Shown: in pieces, positions 1-11,639 of the stretch
Layout of the letters: every line of letters starts with the position of its first letter
How positions within the stretch are numbered: position 1 is the stretch's first letter
The notes under the pieces: model-generated
What the model saw: the letters and a program-made list of their open reading frames with translations, nothing else
The model's database searches: none
What the model was told of the DNA's origin: nothing
Translations under genes and position numbers: made by a program
Origin: an uncultured Gammaproteobacteria bacterium
Lineage (GTDB): Bacteria > Pseudomonadota > Gammaproteobacteria > Steroidobacterales > Steroidobacteraceae
DNA length: 64,000 nt
Assembly: GCA_963786705.1 (NCBI GenBank)
Contig: CAWBAG010000027.1
Coordinates: forward strand, 1-64,000
Reading direction: 5' to 3'

Positions 1-236
1 ACCAGGAATGTCACGGCGCCACCGACGCTGGGGAACGCCTTGCCCAGGGCAACGTAGCTGTAGGCCGCCAGGCCCGCGACAGCCCCGCCGATCGCAAAAG
101 ACAACGGCATCGCGGACCCGGAGATGCCGGCGACGACGCCGAGAATGGAGAAGATTCCCGCGCCGATCATCCCACCGACGCCGATACTGATCGCTGCGAC
201 AAGGCCGATGTTCGAATTCCCCGTCTTACTCGTCAT
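1..236 (-). CDS. amino acid (APC family) permease, N-terminal part, gene runs off the 5' edge
   Basis: The reverse-strand translation from ATG at 236 gives MTSKTGNSNIGLVAAISIGVGGMIGAGIFSILGVV..., a typical APC transporter N-terminus. There is no stop inside the window. Confidence 0.55.
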   Translation of the reverse strand, partial: MTSKTGNSNIGLVAAISIGVGGMIGAGIFSILGVVAGISGSAMPLSFAIGGAVAGLAAYSYVALGKAFPSVGGAVTFL

Positions 237-561
237 CGCGACTCCCATCGACCCCGCTCGCCGCACGGACCTCGATCGTCACCTGCCACGGTTCGGTCGG
301 GGATGCCACTGGGCAGGGGTCCGTTCGGCAAGTCCGACGAATGACCGGGAGGTCACCCCCTCGCGCTGCCCCTTCGCGCACGGTGCTTGATGCCGAGTGT
401 GGTGCTTGCGTCCGGTTGCCACAACACCAGCGCCCACCGCCGAAGCGGTGGGCGCTGGGACGACGGGAAGCCCGCACGGCCGCGGGGCCAAGTGATCCTG
501 ATTCCGCAGCGGCTCGGTGTTCCGAGGTCGAGGCGGGAATCTGGGTCCCGACCGGATTGGC

Positions 562-2257
562 TCAGTTGCCTGCCAGGCTGATCAGGTAGTCGACGTCGGA
601 GGGCTGCAGGCCCTTGAGCAGCGACACGAAGATGTCCGAGAACGACCGCACGGGGCTCACGTACCACTGCTCGTCCACCTGGACCGTGACGATGCCCAGC
701 CCGACGATCTGCTGGAACTCGCGCTTGATGATGTCGACCATGGTCGGGTCCAGGTCCTGGCTGCCGCCGGCCTGGGCGATGAAGTCCTCGATGGTCGACT
801 GGTCGAGGGTCTGCGTCTGACCGTCAAGATCGACGGTCAACGAACCGGCAGCCGGGTCCCGGGTGATGGTCGCGGTCTGGCCCTGTGCACTGACGGTCAG
901 CGAGGCCAGTGAGACCTTCTTGCCGCCGGTCACGTCGCTGACCGTCCAGCTGGCTTTCTCGACGGTGAAGCCCAGGTCGCTGACGCCGGACGTCAGGTTC
1001 GAGGTGTCGATGTTGTCGACCAGCAATGTGCCGTAGTCGTGCAGCACGCCCATTTCGTCGGGGGCGGTGAGCGCGATGACGTCCTTGATGTTGCCTTCCG
1101 ATGCCTTCTTGATGAACGCGTCGACCGCGGCCTCCGGTGACGGCGAGCCGATGGCCGCGATCCGGTCGGCTGCGGTGGGGTTGGGCAGCCCGGCCTGATG
1201 GGCGGCGTTGTCGGCGATCGAATAGAACAGGCTGACGTACCACGCTCCGTCGCGCTGCACCGTGGCGATCCGGATCGGTCCGCCGTTGCTGGAAACGGCG
1301 TCGGCGATATTGAGGGTCTGGCTCTGCGGTTCGGCCTGGCTGATCTGGTCGGCGAACTTGCTCTTGATCTTGTCGCTCAGCGGGAGCTGATCGGGGTTGC
1401 TGACGATGGTGACCGTTCCGCCGGTCAGCTTGACGACCCGGAGGTTGTCGTTGATCGTCTCGTCGGTCGGGTCAACGGTAAGTCCCGAGACGGTGATCGA
1501 CGTGCCGGTCAGCGACGTGGTCGACGCCGGACGGCCCGAGCACGTCAAGTCGCTTCAGCTCGGAGAGCACGTCGGCGTTGAGGTCGGTGAACAGCGAGGC
1601 CTCGGCCGGGTCCAGCTGACCGGCGAGCCCGATCGGGTCGGAGTTGCTCAGCGACGTGAACAGCGCGTTCACCGCCGCCTGCGGGCTCTCCTGACCCGAC
1701 GCCGACTGGGTGTCCCGGATCGCGAAGAACCAGACGCCGGCGCCGGCCAACAATGCCACCACCACGGCGATGGCCGTGACGATCACCGGCGTGCGGTTTT
1801 TCGAGGCCGGCGCCGACGGTGGGGTCTGCGGTTGCCCGGGCTGCTGCCAACCCTGCGGGCCGGTGGGTTGCCCGGGCTGCTGCCAGCCCTGCGGACCGTG
1901 GGTTGCTCCGGGCTGCTGCCAGCCCTGCGGACCGGTGGGTTGCCCGGGCTGTTGCCAGCCCTGCGGGCCGGTGGGTTGTCCGGCTGCTGCCAACCCTGCG
2001 GACCGGTGCGGCTGCCGGGCTGCTGCCAACCCTGCGGACCGGTGGGCTGCCCCGGGCTGCTGCCAACCCTGCGGGCCGGTGGGCTGCCCCGGCTGCTGCC
2101 AACCCTGCGGACCGGTCGGCTGCCCCGGCTGCTGCCAACCCTGCGCACCGGTCGGCTGCCCCGGCTGCTGCCAACCCTGCGGACCAGTCGGCTGGTGCGG
2201 GCTGCTGCCAGCCAGGCGGTGCGGGTTGCCGTGGATCGCCCGGCCCGTAGGGCGCAC
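562..2257 (-). CDS. Pro/Gln-rich repeat protein with one TM anchor and a large extracytoplasmic domain; interrupted by a frameshift near 1500-1550
   Basis: ORFs 1472..2257 (PTGPQGWQQPGQ repeats plus TM VIVTAIAVVVALLAGAGVWFFAI) and 562..1548 continue each other in different frames. Confidence 0.5.
1822..2226. repeat. about 11 tandem copies of a 36-bp unit (ggctgctgccaaccctgcggaccggtgggctgcccc) encoding PTGPQGWQQPGQ
   Basis: Period-36 repetition is directly visible in the nucleotides; the units are slightly degenerate. Confidence 0.85.
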
Positions 2258-2462
2258 CGCTATTTCCCCCGCCCTGATTCCCCCCGACCGGATACCCCCC
2301 GATGTGCCCGCCTTGGTCGCTCACGAGTAGTGCCATCCTTCCTGGTTCCGGTCCACGGAACGTCTCCGGCGCATCTGTCAGCCCCGCCGTCGAGGCCTGG
2401 CCAGGAGCACCCCCTGCCCACCTGGATACTCCTGATGGCCGTATCCCATTGTGAGGCATGTC

Positions 2463-3048
2463 TCAGCCGTTTGGTTGTGGTCTCGGGCCCGAATTCCGCC
2501 AGACGCCGATGATCAGCCAGGCTCCGCCTACGGTGAGCAACATTCCGCCGGCAGACGTCACCGATGGCCCTATCGGGTCGACCTGAACGCCGATCGCGCC
2601 GCCACCACTGACGGCCAGCAACGCCAGCGACACCGCGGCCATGGCGACGCCGAGCAGCACACACAACCCGCCGGCGACCGCCCACCGGCGGAGCAGGGCG
2701 GCCACCACCGGCGTCGCGCACAACAGTCCGATGCAGCGGCCAACCCGCCACCAGTGAGCCCAACACTCCGTCGCCGGCGATTCCGAGTCGATCGATCATG
2801 CCGGTCACCGCGTAGCTGGAGCGCCGAACCTGCCCGGAGACGACCCACGGCAGGAATGAACCGATCAACGCAAGGACCAGGCCGGCGGCGGCGAACACCA
2901 GCGCGGCCACCCTGCCGGCATGGGTCGTGGGCCGGTTTTCGAGCGCAGGAATCACGGGACCAGTGTCGAGGATGATCACGCTGCGTAGAAATTCAGTGAC
3001 GTTCGTCATGGATGTCCGAATTGGGACTAATGGGTTTAGCGTGACCAC
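2463..3048 (-). CDS. small integral membrane protein (Rv1476-like position upstream of ripA), frameshifted near 2750
   Basis: The N-terminal part is in the ORF 2260..3048 frame up to ...SLVAGW. The C-terminal TM-rich part is in the ORF 2463..2723 frame. Confidence 0.5.
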
Positions 3049-3163
3049 TGGTCAATAGGGGGAACAAAGTGGCAAGGTTCTCCTGGCGTGTCGTGTTGAC
3101 ATCGTCACGGTCGGTGTTCGACCGGTCATCCGCGAGAACTCGATCGCGGGGGAGGAGCCTCAA

Positions 3164-5014
3164 GTGCCCGTCCGCACCCGTCCCCGCGGCATCGCGTCGA
3201 TGCTGGGCGGCGTCGTACTGGCCTGGATCGTGGTCGTCGGCACGGCGCTGCCCGCCGGTGCTGTGCCACCCCCGCCGGACAACCCGTCTGATGATCAGAT
3301 CCAGGCCGGACAGAGCCAGGTGGCGACCTCCGCCGCCGAGGTCGGCCGGCTGTCCGGGCTGGTCAGCAAGACCGAAGGCGACATCGAGCGCCTGAAGAAC
3401 GACATGGAGCTGAAGGCGGAGCTGGCGAACAAGGCCGCCGTCGATCTGCAGGTGGCGCAATCCGATGCCGCGGCCGCGTCCGCCGCCGCCACCCAGGCGC
3501 AGGCGGACGCCGACGCCGCAGGCAAGGCCATCGACGACGCCAAGGAAAAGGCTGCCGCGTTCGCCGCCGCGTCGTTCCGCCAGGGCTCGGTGCTCGGGTC
3601 GATGACGGCGCTGATGGACTCCGGCAGCGCCACCGAACTGCTGCAGCGGCGGGAATTGCTCGACCAGGTGTCCGGAACCCAGCTCAACGCGATCGCCAAC
3701 CTGGAGAGCAGCCGGAACCACAAGGCCAACCTCGACTCGGCCGCCCGCGCGGCACTCGATGCCGCCAACGCCGCGCAGGCGCGGGCGGACCAGGCCAAGA
3801 CGGATGCCGACAGCGCCCAGCAGCAGGCCGCCGACTCGCTGGCCGCGGGTCAGGACCAGCTCACCGCACTGGAAGGCCAGCTGACCCAGCAGCAGAACGA
3901 CTACCGGGCGGCACTGTCCAACGTCGCCGGTTTGCAGCAGCAGCGGGATCAGTACAACCAGTGGCTCGCGCAGAAGCAGGCCGAGGAAGAGGCGGCCCGC
4001 AAGGCCGCCGAGGAGGCCGCCCGGCAGGCTGCCGCGGCCGCCGCGGCGAGGCCGCCCGCCAGGCCGCCGAAGCGGCCGCCGCGCAGGCAGCGGCGCAGGC
4101 AGCGGCGCGAGCAGGCCGCCGCCGAGCAGGCCGCGGCGGAACGGGCCGCCGAGCAGGAAGCCGCCGCGGAGCGTGCGTCGGCCGCGCAGGAGGCCAGCAA
4201 CCAGGCCGCCCGGGCGGCTCAGCAAGCCGGCCGCCAGCTCCGAACCGTTCTACGACAGTTGCGACGCAGCGCGGGCCGCCGGTCGCGGCCCGATCTCCCA
4301 GGGCGAACCCGGCTACCGGTCGGCCCTCGACCCGAATGGCAACGGCGTCGCCTGCGAGGGCACGGTGGCCGTCGCCGCAGCCACCGCAAGCTCTGACAGC
4401 GTGTACTACGACAGCTGCGACGCGGCCAGGGCGGCCGGCGGGGGCCCATCGCGCGCGGAGAGCCCGGCTACCGGGCCGCCCTTGATCCCAACGGCAACGG
4501 CATCGCGTGCGAGGGCACGGCCGCGACCACCCCGGTCTCCACCGCCGTCCGGACGGTCGGCTCGTCCAGCTCGTCCAATTCCTCCCGCGGCCAGCAGGTG
4601 GTCGACGCGGCGATGGCCTACCTGGGCACGACCTACGCGTGGGGCGGCGGCGACTACTCCGGTCCGTCGCAGGGCATCCACGACGGCGGCGTGGCCGACC
4701 GGTACGGCGACTACAACAAGATCGGGTTCGACTGCTCGGGGCTGGCGCTGTACGCCTGGGCCCAGGTCGGGGTGTACCTGCCGCACTACTCCGGGTACCA
4801 GTACACGGGCCAGCCGCAGGTCTCCAGCAGCGACCTGCAGCCCGGTGACCTGGTGTTCTACGCCTACAACACGTCCGATCCGAGCACCATCCACCACGTG
4901 GCGATCTGGATCGGCAACGACCAGATCATCGAGGCGCCCAACTCCGGGTCCTCCGTGAAGATCTCCACGATGTACTGGAACGGGTTCATCGGCGCGTCAA
5001 GACCGGGCGGCTGA
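3164..5014 (+). CDS. ripA: RipA-like peptidoglycan endopeptidase with an N-terminal coiled coil, two Excalibur-like Ca-binding motifs and a C-terminal NlpC/P60 domain; two frame changes
   Basis: Coiled-coil Ala/Gln-rich region at 3164-4200. The motif YDSCDAARAAG...DPNGNG(V/I)ACEG occurs twice around 4230-4500 in another frame. The NlpC/P60 catalytic region is at 4598-5014 (FDCSGL...HHVAIW). There is a signal peptide at the N-terminus. Confidence 0.75.
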
Positions 5015-5032
5015 CCGGCGTCGGCATCGAGG

Positions 5033-5787
5033 GTGAGCGAGACACGGCCGGCCGCCGCGATCGTGCTGGCCGGCGGCCGCGGCCACCGATTGGGCGGCGT
5101 CGACAAGCCGGAGCTGGCCGACCGCGATGGGCGGACCCTGCTGGACCGGGTGCTTGCGGCTGTGTCCGGCGCACTCGTGGTCGTCGTCGGACCGCCGCAG
5201 GAGCCTGCCACCGGGGATCCTCGCCGTGCGTGAGCACCCGCCCGGTGGCGGCCCGGCGGCCGCGGTCGCCGCGGGATGCGCGGCCCTCGCGGAGTCACCG
5301 GTCGGCCGTCGGGCCGCATCGCCTGACGATGCCCTGGTCGCGGTGCTGGCTGCCGACCTGCCGAACGTCACCGCACGTACCGTCCGAGCGGTTGTGTGTG
5401 GCAGTGCACAGCGATCCCGAAGCCGGCCGGTGCCCTGCTGATCGACTCGTCCGGTCGGCGTCAGCTACCTTGTCGGCGTGTGGCGGCAGGGCGCGCTGCT
5501 CGCGGCGGTCCGGCAGCGTGAGAGCTGGTACGGCGCTTCAGCTGAAAGAGCTTCTCGCGCCGATCCCGGTCGTCGAGTCGCCGGCGCTCGGCGATGAGTT
5601 CGTCGACATCGACACACCGGATGACCTGCGCAGATGGCGGGAGAAGGTGACGCAGGGTAGCGAACCATCGGGCGACGTTCGACGATCAGTACACAGCGCT
5701 CGCCGGCCGGGCCTGGACAATGGTCGGCGTGACGCACCTGACGAGGAGGAGCCGGTGACCCCAGAGTCATTGAGCCCAGAAGGATAA
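5033..5787 (+). CDS. mobA: molybdenum cofactor guanylyltransferase MobA-like, split over three frames
   Basis: AAIVLAGGRGHRLGGVDKPEL is at the N-terminus, VLAADLPNVTA in the middle and LKELLAPIPVVE...DEFVDIDTPDDL at the C-terminus, each in a different frame. Confidence 0.6.
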
Positions 5788-5793
5788 CAGGGA

Positions 5794-6868
5794 TTGACCA
5801 GAGGATTGACCCGGCGTCAACCAGTGGGAGCGGGACGGCCGGCGGTCGGGCGGGCGCGCACGGGCCAACCGGTGCACACCCCGGCCGGCGACGCGGCCCT
5901 GCTGGAACGCACCGTCTTCGAGGTCAAGCGGGTGATCGTCGGGCAGGACCGGCTGGTCGAGCGGATGCTCGTCGGGTTGCTGGCCAAGGGACACCTGCTG
6001 ATCGAGGGCGTTCCCGGGGTGGCCAAGACGCTGGCCGTGGAGACGTTCGCCCGGGTGGTCGGCGGGACGTTCTCCCGGATCCAGTTCACCCCCGACCTGG
6101 TGCCCTCGGACCTGATCGGTACCCGGATCTACCGCGTCGGCCGCGAAGCAGTTCGACATCGAACTCGGCCCGGTGGTCGCCAACTTCGTGCTCACCGACG
6201 AGATCAACCGGGCGCCGGCCAAGGTGCAGTCGGCGCTGCTGGAGGTGATGGCCGAGCGGCATGTGTCGATCGGCGGCAAGACCTTCCCGATGCCCGACCC
6301 GTTCCTGGTGATGGCCACCCAGAACCCGATCGAGAACGAGGGCGTGTACCCGCTGCCGGAGGCGCAGCGCGACCGGTTCCTGTTCAAGCTGCTGGTCGGG
6401 TACCCCGAACCGGACGAGGAACGCGAGATCGTCTACCGGATGGGCGTTGTGCCGCCGGTGGCGCAGCAGGTGCTGCCGGTCGGCGAACTCGTCCGGCTGC
6501 AGAACGTCGCGTCCAACGTCTTCGTGCACCACGCCCTGGTCGACTACGTCGTCCGGTTGGTCTTCGCGACCAGGACACCCGCCGAGCACGGGCTCACCGA
6601 GGTCGCCGGGTGGCTGTCCTACGGCGCGTCCCCGCGCGCCTCGCTCGGCATCATCGCGGCGGCCCGCGCGCTGGCGCTGGTGCGCGGGCGTGATTTCGTG
6701 GTGCCGCAGGACGTCATCGACGTCTCCGCGGACGTGCTGCGCCACCGGTTGGTGCTGTCCTACGACGCCCTCGCCGACGGCATCCCCGTCGAGGTGATCC
6801 TGGGGCGTCTGCTGCAGGCCATTCCGCTGCCGCAGGTCAGCCCCTACACCCACCCCGGTGCAGCGTGA
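5794..6868 (+). CDS. moxR: MoxR-family AAA+ ATPase, frameshift near 6130-6145
   Basis: Walker A GVPGVAKT is present. After the frame change the sequence continues with GPVVANFVLTDEINRAPAKVQSALLEVMAERHVSIGG... Confidence 0.8.
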
Positions 6869-7850
6869 TGAGTGCTCCCAGCCGTGGCTGATGCTCGTGC
6901 AGCCCGGGGTGATCAGCACCTCGGATCCGGCCAGGCTGGACGCCGCGCTGGCCACCCTGGAACTCACCGTCCGGCGGCGGCTGGACGGCCTGTTGCAGGG
7001 CAACCACCTCGGCCTGGTGCCCGGTCCCGGCACCGAACCGGGGGATGCCAGGGTCTACAACCCGGGTGACGACGTGCGCCGGATGGACTGGTCGGTGACG
7101 GCCAGGACCACCGAGCCGCACATCCGGCAGACGGTCGCCGACCGTGAGCTGGAGACCTGGCTGGTCGCCGACCTCTCGGCGTCGCTCGACTTCGGCACCA
7201 CCGGTTGCGAGAAGCGGGATCTGGTGGTGGCGGCGGCCGCCGCCGTCGGTCACCTGACCAGGGGCGGCGGCAACCGGATCGGCGCGATCGTGGCGACCGG
7301 GGCGGGTATCACCCGGATCCCGGCGCGAGGTGGACGCCCCGCGCTGCAGCACCTGCTGCGCGCGCTGGCCGCGACCCCGCGCACCGGGCCCGGCGACCGC
7401 GGCGATCTCGCCGTGGCGCTGGAACAGCTGCGCCGGCCGCCGCGACGCCGCGGGTTGGCCGTCGTGATGTCCGACTTCATCGGCCCGCTGAACTGGGAAC
7501 GGCCGCTGCGGGCACTGTCCGGGCGGCACGACCTGCTCGCCGTCGAGGTGCTCGATCCCCGGGATCTGGAACTGCCGGACGTCGGCCTGGTGACCCTGGT
7601 CGACCCGGAAACCGGTCGCACCAAAGAGGTTTCCACCACCGCCCAGCTGCGGTCGGCGTTCGCACAAGCCGCCGCGGAGCACCGGGCGCAGGTCGACGTC
7701 GCGCTGCGCCGGGCCGGCGCCGCCCACCTGGTGCTGCGCACCGACCGGGACTGGATCGCCGACGTGCTGCGGTTCGTGATGGGTCGCAAGCGCGGCTGGA
7801 CCGGCGCGGCCACCAGCCCGCCGGTGGCCCGTGCGGGGGAGGCCTGGTGA
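6858..7850 (+). CDS. DUF58 protein (MoxR partner)
   Basis: A 330-aa intact ORF overlaps the moxR stop, which is the typical MoxR–DUF58–VWA arrangement. Confidence 0.75.
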   Translation: MQRDECSQPWLMLVQPGVISTSDPARLDAALATLELTVRRRLDGLLQGNHLGLVPGPGTEPGDARVYNPGDDVRRMDWSVTARTTEPHIRQTVADRELETWLVADLSASLDFGTTGCEKRDLVVAAAAAVGHLTRGGGNRIGAIVATGAGITRIPARGGRPALQHLLRALAATPRTGPGDRGDLAVALEQLRRPPRRRGLAVVMSDFIGPLNWERPLRALSGRHDLLAVEVLDPRDLELPDVGLVTLVDPETGRTKEVSTTAQLRSAFAQAAAEHRAQVDVALRRAGAAHLVLRTDRDWIADVLRFVMGRKRGWTGAATSPPVARAGEAW

Positions 7851-8816
7851 ACTTCGCCTACCCGTGGTGGCTGGCCGCAGGCGTCGTGGTGATCGGACTG
7901 GGCGTCGGCTATCTGCTGGCCCAACGCCGCACCCGACGGCACACCATGCGCTTCGCCAACCTCGAGTTGCTGGAGCGGGTGGCGCCGCGCCGTCCGGGCC
8001 GATGGCGGCACCTGCCCACCGCGCTGGTGCTCACCGGACTGGTGCTGCTGACCGTCGCGCTGGCCGGCCCCACCGCCGACGCGAAGGAACCGCGCAACCG
8101 GGCGACGGTGATGCTCGCGATCGACGTGTCGCTGTCCATGAAGGCCACCGACGTCACCCCGAACCGGCTCGCCGCCGCACAGGAGGCGGCCGGCCAGTTC
8201 GTCGACGACCTGACCCCAGGGGTCAACCTCGGCATCGTGTCGTTCGCCGGGATCGCCACGGTCCTTGTCACCCCGACCACGGATCGAGCCGCCGCACACC
8301 AGGCGATCGACGGACTGACCCTGGACGAGCGGACCGCGACCGGCGAGGCGATCATCTCGTCGCTGCAGACCATCGAGCTGTTCTCCAAGACCATCTCCGG
8401 TCCCACCGAGGCCGGCGAGTCCGCCGCACCACCGGCCCGGATCGTGCTGATGACCGACGGCAAACGCACCGTCGGGCGCACCGAGCAGGACGCCGCCGCA
8501 GCGGGCCGCCGACGCCAAGGTGCCGGTGTCGGTGATCGCGTTCGGCACCGACCGCGGATCGATCGTGGTCAACAACGAGGAGGTCGAGGTCCCGCTGGAC
8601 ACCGAGGCCATGCAACAGATCGCGCAGATCTCCGGCGGAGATTTCCACACCGCCGCGACCTCGCAGGAACTCAAGTCGGTCTATTCGCAGCTCGGCGAGC
8701 AGATCGGGTACGAGGTCAAGCAGCGTGACGTCTCCCGCCCCTGGATGATCGCGGGCACCGCGCTGGTCATCCTTGGCGCCGCGGCCGCGCTGACGGTGAC
8801 CACCCGAATCCCCTGA
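7847..8816 (+). CDS. VWA-domain membrane protein (BatA-like), frameshift near 8500
   Basis: GTG start gives VNFAYPWWLAAGVVVIGL with 2 TM segments. The VWA motifs AIDVSLSM and LMTDGKRT are present. The C-terminus continues in another frame as VPVSVIAFGTD... and ends with a TM helix. Confidence 0.75.
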
Positions 8817-8859
8817 GCACTATTCCTGACTGCACCTGACGCGAAACCGGTGCGCCCAG

Positions 8860-8895
8860 CCGGCCGGATCCGGCCGGATCCGGCCAAATCCGCCA
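8860..8895. repeat. short approximately 10-bp tandem repeat (ccggccggat x3) in the intergenic region upstream of fabG1
   Basis: The repeat is directly visible in the sequence. Confidence 0.5.
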
Positions 8896-8954
8896 GTGGC
8901 CGATAGGGTTCGTCCCGCCACCCCTGCACCAGTTCACCGCTCTGGAGGACCCCA

Positions 8955-9686
8955 GTGACATCAGCCGCGCCCGGCAGCCCCACAGGCCGATCGGTGCTGG
9001 TGACCGGCGGCAATCGCGGGATCGGGCTGGCCATCGCCCGCGCGTTGGCCGACGCCGGACACCGGGTGACGGTCACCCACCGGTCCGGCGAGCCGCCCGA
9101 AGGGCTCGCCGGGGTGGTGTGCGACGTGACCGACCCGGCGAGCATCGACGCGGCCTTCACCGAGGTCGAGAAGTCCCAGGGACCGATCGAGGTGCTCGTG
9201 TCGAACGCGGGGATCACCGACGACACCCTGCTGCTGCGGATGAGCGATGACACCTTCACCCGGGTGCTGGACGCCAACCTGACGGGTTCGTACCGGGTCG
9301 CCAAACGAGCGGCCACCGGCATGCTGCGCAAGCGTTGGGGACGGATGATCTTCATCTCGTCGGTGGTGGGGCTGTCCGGCGGCGCCGGTCAGGCCAACTA
9401 CTCCTCGTCCAAGGCCGGGCTGGTGGGGCTGGCCAGGTCGGTGGCGCGCGAGCTCGGTTCCCGCAACATCACCGCGAACGTCATCGCCCCCGGTTTCGTG
9501 GACACCGACATGACGCGGGCGCTGCCGGAGGCACGGCGGACCGAGATCATCGCCCAGGTGCCGCTCCGCCGCTATGCCGACCCGTCCGAGATCGCTGCTG
9601 CCGTGGTCTTTCTCGCCTCGGAGGGAGCCGGGTACATCACCGGGGCGGTACTACCGGTCGACGGCGGGCTGGGCATGGGACATTGA
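8955..9686 (+). CDS. fabG1: 3-oxoacyl-ACP reductase FabG1/MabA
   Basis: VLVTGGNRGIGLAIA is present and the catalytic YSSSK is intact (NYSSSK). The 243-aa ORF is intact and sits immediately upstream of inhA as in mycobacteria. Confidence 0.9.
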   Translation: MTSAAPGSPTGRSVLVTGGNRGIGLAIARALADAGHRVTVTHRSGEPPEGLAGVVCDVTDPASIDAAFTEVEKSQGPIEVLVSNAGITDDTLLLRMSDDTFTRVLDANLTGSYRVAKRAATGMLRKRWGRMIFISSVVGLSGGAGQANYSSSKAGLVGLARSVARELGSRNITANVIAPGFVDTDMTRALPEARRTEIIAQVPLRRYADPSEIAAAVVFLASEGAGYITGAVLPVDGGLGMGH

Positions 9687-9755
9687 CCCGCACTGCTTCT
9701 CGGGTCGGCTGACCTGCCCGCACATTTCACTACGAATCAAAGATGGGCCCCACTC

Positions 9756-10559
9756 ATGACCGATCAGCTCGGCACCGGACTGCTGTCCGGCAAGAACCTG
9801 CTCATCACCGGCATCATCACCGAGGCGTCGATCGCGTTCCACACGGCTCGGCTGGCCCAGGAGCAGGGCGCCAACGTGGTGCTGACCGGGTACGGGCGAC
9901 TCTCGCTCGTCGAGCGCATCGCCCAGCGGTTGCCGCAGCCCGCGCCGGTGATCGAACTCGACGTCACCGACAAGGCGCAGTTGGACTCGCTCGCCGACCG
10001 GACCCGTGAACACGTGGACGGCCTGGACGGGGTACTGCATTCGATCGGGTTCGCGCCGGCCGCCGCTCTCGGCGGTAGCTTCCTGGACTGCCCGTGGGAG
10101 GACGTGGCGACGACGGTGCACACCTCGGCGTACTCGCTCAAGGCCCTCGCGGTGGCCTGCCTGCCGTTGATGTCCGCCGGCGGATCAATCGTCGGCCTCG
10201 ACTTCGATGCCCGCCAGGCGTGGCCCGCGTACAACTGGATGGGTGTGGCCAAGGCCGCGCTCGAATCCGTGACCCGTTACCTGGCAAGGGATCTCGGTCC
10301 GCAGGGCATCCGGGTGAATCTGGTGTGTGCCGGTCCGATCAAGACGATGGCGGCGAAGTCGATCCCCGGTTTCATCGATCTGGAGAACGGTTGGACCGGG
10401 CGCGCACCGCTGGGCTGGGACACCTCCGACCCCACCCCGGTGGCCAGGGCGGCAGTGGCACTGCTGTCCGACCTGTTCCCGGCCACCAGTGGCTCGATGG
10501 TGATGGTCGACGGCGGCTTCCACGCGCTGGGGTTCGGTGTCTCCGAGGTTGCTGACTGA
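9756..10559 (+). CDS. inhA: NADH-dependent enoyl-ACP reductase InhA
   Basis: The 267-aa product (LLSGKNLLITGIITEASIAFHTARLAQEQGA...) matches the InhA family hallmark sequence. Confidence 0.9.
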   Translation: MTDQLGTGLLSGKNLLITGIITEASIAFHTARLAQEQGANVVLTGYGRLSLVERIAQRLPQPAPVIELDVTDKAQLDSLADRTREHVDGLDGVLHSIGFAPAAALGGSFLDCPWEDVATTVHTSAYSLKALAVACLPLMSAGGSIVGLDFDARQAWPAYNWMGVAKAALESVTRYLARDLGPQGIRVNLVCAGPIKTMAAKSIPGFIDLENGWTGRAPLGWDTSDPTPVARAAVALLSDLFPATSGSMVMVDGGFHALGFGVSEVAD

Positions 10560-10633
10560 CCGAGCAGCATTCACACTCGCGTGCTGCTTTTCGCAGTTTC
10601 AGGCCGCGCTCGCTGCCTTGATATTTGTCCCGT

Positions 10634-11459
10634 TCAGCCCGAACGCCTGCGGCTGACCTGGCGGTCGGGCCGCGGGACTCGGGTCCGGACCCTTGCGGCG
10701 CCCTCGCTGAGCGCCGCCACCGCGGAGGCCACCGCCGCGCGCCTGGCCTCGCCCACCGCGGCCGCCAGCGGGCGGAGCGCGTCGTCGACCACGGCGAGTT
10801 CATGGGAGGTGACAGCGGCGGTGTCCTGGCCGTTGGCAACGCTGAGCAGGGCGTGCAACGAGATCGAGGTGGCCAGCAGGGCCGACGCGGCCGCCGGGAT
10901 GCCCGGGCGGGCAGGTGACCGCCTCGTCCAGCATCATCTGGCGGACCCGCTCCCTGGCGTGCGGGGAACTGCGAGCAACGTCCAGCGCCGTGATCGACCT
11001 GGTTGCCCTGCCGACCTCGGCGTCCAGCAGGTCGTGCGCCTCGGCCAGGCTCGGCGCGGGATGCTCGACGTCGCAGCGGAACGCCCGCCACTGCCCGTCG
11101 CTGGGCACCAGACCGATATCGAGGGCCGGCAACCTGACGACCGCACCGGCATCCAGTGCGGCGACCGCGATGTCGCCGCCGACCGGCAGCCCGCGCATGT
11201 CTCCCGGTCGCGGCAGCAGCAGCTCTGCCCGGCCGCCGCGACGCAGCAGCGGCAGCAAAGCCGACGACCCGGCGCTCGGCCAACCTGGCCCGGGAAGCCC
11301 GGTGGCGTCGGCGATCTCGGTGGAAGCGGCGCGCACACCGGCGCGGTGCCCGGCGTCATCGATGGCCGCCAGCACTTCGTCAGCGCTGGCCCCGCCCTGC
11401 CACGCCGCAGCCCACAGGGCCACGGTGGTGGCCGCGCGGAGGGCGCCGATTCCGGACAT
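10634..11459 (-). CDS. conserved hypothetical protein (Rv1486c-like position), frameshift near 10860-10920
   Basis: ORFs 10800..11459 and 10634..10858 continue each other in different frames. Confidence 0.45.
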
Positions 11460-11639
11460 GAGGGCTACCGTACGTCACGCTCGGACAGCTGACGCGGCTG
11501 TGCACAATCCGGGCAGCATACCCGAGCCGGAAATTCCGGTAGCATCCGCGCGCCGATCGACCGGATCGTACGGTCCGGATCGACACGCCCGAGACGAGTT
11601 CGGCCGTCCGGACGCACGCCCCGCGTAGCGTCGCGGATC

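Noticed and set aside
1710-2330. Cys-rich repeat ORF (GCCQPCGP repeats), plus strand
   Set aside because: It is the reverse-complement reading of the 36-bp PQ-repeat array. The minus-strand reading gives a coherent TM-anchored protein that continues into a 300-aa domain.
2990-3163. Riboswitch upstream of ripA (for example the c-di-AMP ydaO class, known upstream of some actinobacterial cell-wall hydrolases)
   Set aside because: I could not recognise the conserved ydaO helices or ACGG motifs by eye in this 170-bp leader. A covariance-model search (Rfam RF00379) would be needed.
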